A DNA stretch of 64,000 nucleotides from Candidatus Thorarchaeota archaeon (GTDB lineage: Archaea > Asgardarchaeota > Thorarchaeia > Thorarchaeales > Thorarchaeaceae): contig JBHLQH010000006.1 of the NCBI GenBank assembly GCA_048884965.1, forward strand, positions 1 to 64,000, read 5' to 3'. Below are positions 57,119 through 64,000 of this stretch, in pieces. Position 1 is the first letter of the stretch. Every line of letters starts with the position of its first letter. The position numbers and the translations under genes are program-made. The notes under the pieces were generated by a model, which worked only from the letters and a program-made list of their open reading frames with translations, ran no database searches and was not told the DNA's origin.

Positions 57119-58420
57119 TCAACCTCCTATCAACTCCAAAGCGATGAAACGTTCAACGTAATATGTTGATAGTTGTCCACCAAACCCAGAAAAATCATAG
57201 TCAAAACCATGTCCAGCATTTGGAATAGTTATGAAAAGGCATTTCCTTCCCAAACTAGATGCGAGATTATAAAATCCCAATCCTTGAATCGAATATGTAG
57301 CCAGACCATCTTTACTCCCATGAAGGATCAAGATTGGCGGAACAATCGTGCTGTTGGTGATTAGATTCGCTGCGAAGAGTTTCTTGTATTGCTCTTCAAT
57401 AGGTAGGTTTCCTTCAACAAATGAATCGAATGATCCTGCATCGTCACGAGTGATATTGGTCACAGGATAGAACCAGACACCTCCCCTTACAGTCATTCCT
57501 GATGAGAAGTTCCCTTCAAATAACGGGTTCTTGTATCCGAGAGTGACGAGTGATGCTAGATTCCCACCAGCTGATCTACCGATGATGAAAACATTGTCAA
57601 TATCTGCTTTGAACTTCGTACTATTAAGCTCCATCATCTTAGTGAAGTAACCAACGTTCTCTATCTGATCTTGGATATTATAGCTTCTATTGTAGTTTGG
57701 CAGTAGTCCTCCACCCATCGTAGCAAAAGCTGCAAAAGTGTTGAATTGATCATTTGGCAGTGTTGATAGGTCAAAGAGACCATATTGGATGTCAAAGACA
57801 ACGAACCCCTTTGACGCGAAATAATGATTGAACAACGGGATATTCATTGGTCCCTTGTTTCCAATGACCCATGCGCCTCCATGAATCGCGATGATAACTG
57901 GAAACGGTCCTTCACCAGCTGGACAGTACCAGTCAAAGAACATCTTGTCTTGGCCATTGTCAAGGTATTCAATATCATACTCTACTGAATATCCGGTTTG
58001 GTCGATCGTTATTCCAAGGAGATCATCGTAGAGCGAGTACGGTACTGGTCTCATTGCCGATGTATCTAAATCGCTATAGAGAGAACCATATGTGTTTAGC
58101 ATTTGGTTCTCGGCCTCAGCTATTCCAAAGGGAATGGTTGCGTAAGGCAATGCAGTGCCAATGAAGATGAAGGTACAAATCCCAACAACAAGAAGCATCT
58201 CTCGCTGCCTTCTAAGAAATGAGAAACGAATGACTATGAAACCGCTAGTAAGTACTAGAATGAATAGCATTGGAGCAATACTCGGATAGAATATTGCTAA
58301 TAGCCATCCAATCGTTGATGCGTCCATGAACAGATACAGGAATGTAATAAGTGAGAATGTCCCTATGCAGATATAGCATAGAAGCAAAAGGATGTATCTA
58401 AGTAACTTCTTTCTCGTCAA
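57119..58420 (-). CDS. Membrane-anchored HSL-family alpha/beta esterase
   Basis: Three N-terminal TMs; IHGGAW, GRSAGG, HGSKD, AGHGF. Confidence 0.88.
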   Translation of the reverse strand: MTRKKLLRYILLLLCYICIGTFSLITFLYLFMDASTIGWLLAIFYPSIAPMLFILVLTSGFIVIRFSFLRRQREMLLVVGICTFIFIGTALPYATIPFGIAEAENQMLNTYGSLYSDLDTSAMRPVPYSLYDDLLGITIDQTGYSVEYDIEYLDNGQDKMFFDWYCPAGEGPFPVIIAIHGGAWVIGNKGPMNIPLFNHYFASKGFVVFDIQYGLFDLSTLPNDQFNTFAAFATMGGGLLPNYNRSYNIQDQIENVGYFTKMMELNSTKFKADIDNVFIIGRSAGGNLASLVTLGYKNPLFEGNFSSGMTVRGGVWFYPVTNITRDDAGSFDSFVEGNLPIEEQYKKLFAANLITNSTIVPPILILHGSKDGLATYSIQGLGFYNLASSLGRKCLFITIPNAGHGFDYDFSGFGGQLSTYYVERFIALELIGG

Positions 58421-58582
58421 TTTAGAGGCACCTCAGAACCAATTGAGTAATCCCTTATTTCTCATCTTTTCTCTCTCTTTATTTCTGTTCTGTAGACTCC
58501 CGCCAGATAGTTACTGATGTCCAATTGCCACAATGATTAATATCAAAGTATAGCTTTGTGTACCATCGTAAGGTGGTATCTC

Positions 58583-60208
58583 GTGGCCAAAGACTTTGAG
58601 ATTGATGACGATTCAGAGGTGGTCATTGGTCGAGGGACTTGGATCGACAAGCTTGCCCTTGACGTTATTGAACGTAAGGATTCTATTCAAGGCGATACTT
58701 CTGCAGTTATTCGCACTGAGAGTGGTCTTGGCGCATCAGGTTTCCCGCACATTGGTTCGTTTGCAGATGCATCAAGGGCATACGTCTTCAAACTCGCTCT
58801 AGAGGATATGGGGCGTGATGCGGAGTTCATAGCTTTTGCGGATAGTATGGATGGACTTCGGAAAGTGCCTATTGGGACTCCTACTTCACTCAAGGAGCAT
58901 CTAGGAAAACCCGTTTCAATTATTCCGGATCCGTGGGAATGCCATCAAAGCTATGGTGAGCATATGTCTTCATTGCTAATGGAATCCCTTGATGCTGCTG
59001 GGATAGAATATACGCCAGTTTCTGCCTTCGATTTGTATAGTACTGGAAAATTGGTTGACCAAGTCAGGATGGTATTACTTCAAGCACAGCTCGCGGGTAG
59101 GATCATTCATGAAACAACAGGTCAGGAGAAATATCTGACAACACTTCCTTATCATGCGATCTGCGAAAACTGTCAGAAGATCTATACTACTAGAGCTATC
59201 TCTTTCGATGAAAAAAGAAATCTTGTTGAATACCTCTGCGAAGGTGATGACATAGGCGGGAAAGCGCTTGGAGGATGCAATCATCACGGTTTTTCCTATA
59301 TCTCCAAAGGTGAAGGAAAGCTCACTTGGAAGGTCGAATTCGCTGCTCGATGGCATTTTCTACATATTGACTTCGAAGCGTTTGGCAAGGACATCTTTGA
59401 ATCAGTAATCTGCAATGACAGAGTGTCCAAGGAGATATTCAATTATGAACCACCTACTCATGCTAGATATGAGGTCTTCTTGGATGATGAGGGGCGGAAA
59501 ATCTCAAAATCAAAAGGGAATGTCATTGAACCCAAGACCTGGTTCAAATATGGTTCATCTCAGTCGCTTGCACTGCTGACATACAAACGGATGACTGGTA
59601 GTAGGAGGTTGACTGTGAAAGATATCCCTATCTACATGAAAGAGCTCGATGATTTGGAGGATATCTATTTTGGAATAACAAAGGAAAGCAATCCCTCCCG
59701 GATGAGAAAGCTAAAAGGTCTCTATGAATACTGCTTGTATCTAAGACCTCCCAAGGAGGCTCCAATACATATTCCGTATAGCCTCCTCGTCAATCTTGTT
59801 TCCGTTGCACCGGATGTGAACCGTGATGAATTCCTTGATTCGCGGCTGAGAGAATATGGATATCTACAAGAAGGTAATGAGTTGAATGATATCATCGACC
59901 GTGTAGAATATGCGGAGAACTGGGTTGCAGACTTCGAACAGATTGAGGGAACCAAGATCGATCTATCCCCATCAGAGAGAACCGCGATAGAAGGACTCAT
60001 CAATTGTCTGAAGTCCGGAATGACCGCAGATGAAATTCAAACTGCTATATTTGAAACATCTCGCGAAAGCAATATCAAACCCAACAGCTTCTTCAAGTTG
60101 CTCTATCAACTCTTACTGAATGATATAAAGGGACCTAGACTTGGTCCTTATATCCATACCATTGGAGTAGATGTAATATCAAGGGCTCTTCGTGCTCGAC
60201 TATCTTAA
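58583..60208 (+). CDS. lysS: Lysine--tRNA ligase, class I
   Basis: GASGFPHIG, DGLRKVP, GKLTWKVEFAARW, KISKSKGN, GPRLG; GTG 58583 after AGGTGG SD. Confidence 0.95.
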   Translation: MAKDFEIDDDSEVVIGRGTWIDKLALDVIERKDSIQGDTSAVIRTESGLGASGFPHIGSFADASRAYVFKLALEDMGRDAEFIAFADSMDGLRKVPIGTPTSLKEHLGKPVSIIPDPWECHQSYGEHMSSLLMESLDAAGIEYTPVSAFDLYSTGKLVDQVRMVLLQAQLAGRIIHETTGQEKYLTTLPYHAICENCQKIYTTRAISFDEKRNLVEYLCEGDDIGGKALGGCNHHGFSYISKGEGKLTWKVEFAARWHFLHIDFEAFGKDIFESVICNDRVSKEIFNYEPPTHARYEVFLDDEGRKISKSKGNVIEPKTWFKYGSSQSLALLTYKRMTGSRRLTVKDIPIYMKELDDLEDIYFGITKESNPSRMRKLKGLYEYCLYLRPPKEAPIHIPYSLLVNLVSVAPDVNRDEFLDSRLREYGYLQEGNELNDIIDRVEYAENWVADFEQIEGTKIDLSPSERTAIEGLINCLKSGMTADEIQTAIFETSRESNIKPNSFFKLLYQLLLNDIKGPRLGPYIHTIGVDVISRALRARLS

Positions 60209-60300
60209 ATTTCCTTCAATCATCATTTGTACTTACTCAAAATTAAGTGAGGTATACATTACGATAGTATATTTAAGTATACTATTTGATATTAGGAAGA

Positions 60301-60897
60301 ATGGAGAGGCATCTATTGAGTGCGCCGTCGTTTATTTACAAGGTATGTGTCATTGGGAACGGTGGAGTAGGAAAAAGCAGTGCAGTTCGTCGATACTCTC
60401 AGGGTGTGTTCACTGAAGATTACCAAGTTACGGTTGGAGTGCAACACTCATCCCAATCAGTTAATATCAACGGTCCAGAGGGTCCAACTGAGGTGAAACT
60501 AATCGTCTGGGATCTTGGGGGTCAAGACAAGTTCAAGTTCGTACGTCCGATGTTCTATAAAGCCGCGAAAGCACTAGTACTGATGTTTGATATCACCAGC
60601 AAGGAATCCTTTGAATCACTACCGAAGTGGATCAAGGAAGCAGAAGACAATATTGGCCGTAGTGTTCCTATGGTGATTGCTGCTAACAAGACAGATCTCC
60701 CTGGACATGAGATAGAACTTGAGGAGATTGAGCGATATGCGAATCACATTGGTGCTGAATTCATTCTTACCTCCGTCAAGACCGGGGATAATGTAGTCAA
60801 TATGTTCGAGAAGCTAGGTGAAGCCGTATATAACTCACGAAGTGAGTTCTCTCCCATGAGTAGCTCCGCCAATCCTGTGCAGGCAAGCTGTAAATAG
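60301..60897 (+). CDS. Rab-like small GTPase (eukaryotic signature protein)
   Basis: G1 GNGGVGKS, G2 TVGV, G3 WDLGGQ, G4 NKTD, G5 SVK; ATG 60301. Confidence 0.92.
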   Translation: MERHLLSAPSFIYKVCVIGNGGVGKSSAVRRYSQGVFTEDYQVTVGVQHSSQSVNINGPEGPTEVKLIVWDLGGQDKFKFVRPMFYKAAKALVLMFDITSKESFESLPKWIKEAEDNIGRSVPMVIAANKTDLPGHEIELEEIERYANHIGAEFILTSVKTGDNVVNMFEKLGEAVYNSRSEFSPMSSSANPVQASCK

Positions 60898-61006
60898 ATA
60901 AAATGATTATTTTTCTTTCAGCCATACCTTAATACCGGTTTGATACTTCAATTCTCTACTATAAGCATGGCTGTACCTGCCAGACTACCACCGAGGGACC
61001 TAGAAC

Positions 61007-61870
61007 TTGACAGATTTCGAAGAGATGCGTATACTTGACAATTTCTATCAGACAAGCTCATTCTTTCCTATGCCTGTTGTCCTTGTGGGAACCCTATCAG
61101 AATCCGGTCAGACCAATCTTGGACCGTACTCTCTTTGCTTTCCACATATTATTGCTGAAGACAATGAATGGGCGATGATGCTAATCACAAGGAAAGATAG
61201 CAATACAGCGGAGAATATCAAACGTACAAAGGTTTGCTCAATTAACTTCATTCCCGATGATCAAAAATTCATGGAAAACTGTGTTCTTCTTGGATTTCCA
61301 GGAGAAACTACTGAAGAGAAGATGAATGATAGCATATTCACTCTTGTTCCATCGCGGAGGAATGGGAATGGAGGCATGAAGTATCCTGATCTAGTGGGAG
61401 AAGCACTCCAAGTCTTTGAGTGCACTTGGGATGATTCCTTTAATCATCGGTTAGTAGAACCCTCTGATAACTTTGTTCTGCGAATTGAGAAGATTCTATT
61501 GAAGAAACCATATCGCGATGCTATCATTCAGGGTGTGAATAAGAAGAGCTTCCCACCACTCCCAATAGACTATGGCTTTCGAGATAACTATCAATTCTGG
61601 TTCACGAAATCCGCAAAACCGTATAGTATACCAATTCCTGCATCAAAGGGCGTCGAAGCACAACATGTGCTTTTTGCAGCCCGAAGAATCGAACCGGACA
61701 TAATCTGGGAGGAAGCTGCCGCTGCGAAGATAGCCGGAGTTCCTCGCATCTTTCTGAACCGGGTCATCAAAGGAGTCATTGATGCAGCGAAGGAAGATGG
61801 TCTAACAGTGATCACTCCTGAGTTCATGGACAAGGTTCGAGACAAACGAAATCAAGAGAAAACCAATTAG
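61007..61870 (+). CDS. Flavin reductase-like FMN-binding protein with C-terminal PCP_red-like domain
   Basis: PMPVVLVGT...NLGPYS, SNTAENI; C-terminal WEEAA..IAGVP.IF...AKEDG..VITPEFM. Confidence 0.75.
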   Translation: MTDFEEMRILDNFYQTSSFFPMPVVLVGTLSESGQTNLGPYSLCFPHIIAEDNEWAMMLITRKDSNTAENIKRTKVCSINFIPDDQKFMENCVLLGFPGETTEEKMNDSIFTLVPSRRNGNGGMKYPDLVGEALQVFECTWDDSFNHRLVEPSDNFVLRIEKILLKKPYRDAIIQGVNKKSFPPLPIDYGFRDNYQFWFTKSAKPYSIPIPASKGVEAQHVLFAARRIEPDIIWEEAAAAKIAGVPRIFLNRVIKGVIDAAKEDGLTVITPEFMDKVRDKRNQEKTN

Positions 61871-61876
61871 AGGTTT

Positions 61877-62137
61877 CTAGTCGCTCTCTCTCCAATTAGG
61901 CTCAGCTTCACCAAGATAGGTCCATCGAAGAAGACCTAACTTATTTCGCACCAAGGCTGGAATGAAATCTGAGACATAGCCATTGGCTACTGTGAATTCT
62001 CTCTGCCATGCGATCTCAAGCTCCTCGGTTGGAAACGAGTCAGAATCCATAAGCAGCTTGGCTTCAGTTACTGAGATTCCCAGATGCTTATCGATCCACA
62101 ATTGCCATTCAATAGGATTAGTAGGATAAGATGTCAT
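61877..62137 (-). CDS. Small hypothetical protein
   Basis: 86 aa, starts 3 nt after the upstream stop. Confidence 0.6.
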   Translation of the reverse strand: MTSYPTNPIEWQLWIDKHLGISVTEAKLLMDSDSFPTEELEIAWQREFTVANGYVSDFIPALVRNKLGLLRWTYLGEAEPNWRESD

Positions 62138-62140
62138 TGC

Positions 62141-63049
62141 TTATTCTTCAAGCCTAGAGTAATCTTCCTTCATATGTTTTTCACTGTCGATTTCCTCAGT
62201 ATGTTCTTGGTACTTACTGAGTAGGATAACTCCTATTACTCCAAACACAAGGCCAATCCCATAGAACAAAGCATTTGACATTGCTTGTGAATAGATAATG
62301 GTTCCTCCAAGGATAACTGCAAACATGCTTACCGTACCAACAATCGCGTTGAATCTTGCTGCGGGATTCTTCTGAAGACCAATTGAAACCGCATAGACAC
62401 CTGCCGCGAAAGTGAAGGCTCCCATTAATACAAGCGGGATAAATCCAGCAATGAATCCCTGAACGAGATCCTCCTCGCCAAAAAGGGATAGTGTGAACCA
62501 TTGTGTAAAGATTGAGGCTAGTGCTTGAAGAAATGAAGTGATCGGGGCCCATAGTAGGGGTATCCTTCTCGAAGATGGGATCATTATACCAATCCCTATG
62601 ATCAGTAAGGCACAGAAAGATACGATTGGTAGATAATCCTCAAACAACACTGGCTCTGTTACTCCTCCAAATGCAATGAATACTGGTGTTAGAATAAGGA
62701 GAGCAATTCCTGCAATCGCTTGAGCATCTATTGCTTCACCAAGTCTTCGAGACGAAAGGATGACGAGAGCGATTAGACCAACGTTCATGAGGGGTTGCAC
62801 AACAACAATACCAGCAAGCTGAGTCGCGACAAGATAGGTAATGCCTCCAAGCAGAGACATCAAGAATCCAGTTGTCCATCGTTTGTTCGTGAAGAGACCT
62901 CTAGTGTGTTTGGCAGCCCCTGCAGCTTCTATCTTTTCCATTGTTTCAAGAGCTTCTTTTTGAATCACTGGTGCAATATTCCATAGCAATGATGTGATGA
63001 TTGCTAGTACTAATCCTAGGAACACGCCAGGGATGAGAAATTGTAGCAT
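62141..63049 (-). CDS. DMT-superfamily membrane transporter
   Basis: ~9-10 TMs; VIQK, VVVQPL, LGE motifs. Confidence 0.75.
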   Translation of the reverse strand: MLQFLIPGVFLGLVLAIITSLLWNIAPVIQKEALETMEKIEAAGAAKHTRGLFTNKRWTTGFLMSLLGGITYLVATQLAGIVVVQPLMNVGLIALVILSSRRLGEAIDAQAIAGIALLILTPVFIAFGGVTEPVLFEDYLPIVSFCALLIIGIGIMIPSSRRIPLLWAPITSFLQALASIFTQWFTLSLFGEEDLVQGFIAGFIPLVLMGAFTFAAGVYAVSIGLQKNPAARFNAIVGTVSMFAVILGGTIIYSQAMSNALFYGIGLVFGVIGVILLSKYQEHTEEIDSEKHMKEDYSRLEE

Positions 63050-63101
63050 TCGAGGTCAATGGGTCGCAGTAGCATCTACTAATAAGATGGACTATACGAC
63101 A

Positions 63102-64000
63102 TCAATTCAATGCATAGACCAACTTCTCTTCTATCCATGACTTGAGCTCATCACTTGCAACCATTCTCGATTTCCAATCCCGATCCTTGTAGAATCCTTC
63201 GTGTCGTATCGTAGTGCATTGGTCCATCATCTGAGGCTTTGAATCAGTCACATCTTCGCCGTGGAGATGTGAAGGATAGTTGTATGAAGAGGGAAGCTCA
63301 AGCATATTGCTTCGTTCCAAAGATGATAAAACAACTCCAGTGAATAGAGCTTGATGGATAAAGATGGCATATCTATCATCCTGTTGATAAAGTGCTTGAA
63401 GTCTTGGGTCCTGATATCCTTGCGTGAAAGCATCTCTCCATCTCTCTAGAATTCCTTCTTCAGGTCGCAATGAGAAAGACCCTGCATTGAAGTAAGGTTT
63501 GATCTTTTCTCCGTCAATATGACTAGTCATGGGGAATATTTGACTCTCCTCGATACCGCAGTATTTGTAAACCCAAGACCAGAATTCATCCAAGGGTTCT
63601 CCCCATCTTGATCCTACCAATTTGTGATGCACAGGTCGATAGCCAAATGCGTATCTCTCTGGAAGAAGAAAGGCAGATGGCTCCTTCAAAATCAGTGTGT
63701 TTGTGGTGAGCCAGATGAGGATATCATGCTCTCGTTTTGCAAGTTTCTCTGCAGTCCCTGCTGCATTGGCTTCAGCTATGAATGGGAATTTCATCATCTC
63801 AGTATCGAGTTTGAATTCAGTGATAGATGCGTTGAGCGATTCTAGCTTCTCTTTTGCATATGGAGATATCTCCTTGTCGTTATTCGGAGTAAAGAACCAT
63901 ACAGGTGCCTTAGATAAATGTCCTGCATTTTCTCGTATGCTCTCAAGAAACAAAATTGCATTCACTTCTGACCACTTATTGGGTAGTAGGGTGGACGCAA
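63102..64000 (-). CDS. GT8-like glycosyltransferase-fold protein, 5' end beyond the window
   Basis: YFNAG, HQA, YNYP motifs; frame stays open from GTG 63965 to the window edge. Confidence 0.6.
   Translation of the reverse strand, partial: ASTLLPNKWSEVNAILFLESIRENAGHLSKAPVWFFTPNNDKEISPYAKEKLESLNASITEFKLDTEMMKFPFIAEANAAGTAEKLAKREHDILIWLTTNTLILKEPSAFLLPERYAFGYRPVHHKLVGSRWGEPLDEFWSWVYKYCGIEESQIFPMTSHIDGEKIKPYFNAGSFSLRPEEGILERWRDAFTQGYQDPRLQALYQQDDRYAIFIHQALFTGVVLSSLERSNMLELPSSYNYPSHLHGEDVTDSKPQMMDQCTTIRHEGFYKDRDWKSRMVASDELKSWIEEKLVYALN

Noticed and set aside
252-63845. Numerous 60-170 aa antisense or out-of-frame ORFs in the track (e.g. 11358-11873, 16787-17296, 27081-27518, 41524-41967)
   Set aside because: They lie within longer motif-supported genes and have no recognisable motifs, so they are shadow ORFs.
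1-64000. tRNA, rRNA, CRISPR arrays, IS elements
   Set aside because: Intergenic gaps are short, and none shows a cloverleaf, regularly spaced repeats, terminal inverted repeats or a transposase (inspection by eye only).

Overview
Archaeal chromosomal DNA. Gene content points to an Asgard archaeon, probably Thorarchaeia (inference): a Rab-like GTPase, alpha-SNAP-like repeat proteins, class I LysRS, archaeal/eukaryotic-type GlyRS, archaeal PPAT, Nre and giant surface proteins. The main feature is a ~16 kb, apparently single operon at 97-16100 with 16 ORFs plus one unannotated Cys4 mini-ORF, all overlapping or abutting. It interleaves divergent DNA recombination/repair paralogs (RadA, two RadB/Rad51-paralog-like proteins, an XPD/Rad3 Fe-S helicase, a Hel308-like helicase with an inserted SWIM finger, and a FEN1-like nuclease with a PIP box) with five membrane proteins, including a membrane-anchored degenerate VirB4/HerA-like ATPase and a small 2-TM pilin-sized protein. 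A perfect palindrome lies upstream. This looks like an undescribed membrane-coupled DNA uptake/exchange and recombination system. The rest of the window holds two giant surface proteins (2596 and 1953 aa, the latter preceded by a long 5' UTR hairpin), a degenerate Nre, a GT-C glycosyltransferase, a convergent pair of SNAP-like proteins, housekeeping genes (AlaX, HMG-CoA reductase, glyS, Usp, RACo-like, coaD, M28 peptidase, ferritin, lysS) and a minus-strand block of hydrolase/GNAT/Nudix genes. No rRNA, tRNA, CRISPR array, transposase or integrase was recognised. All family assignments come from motif reading by eye, not database searches.
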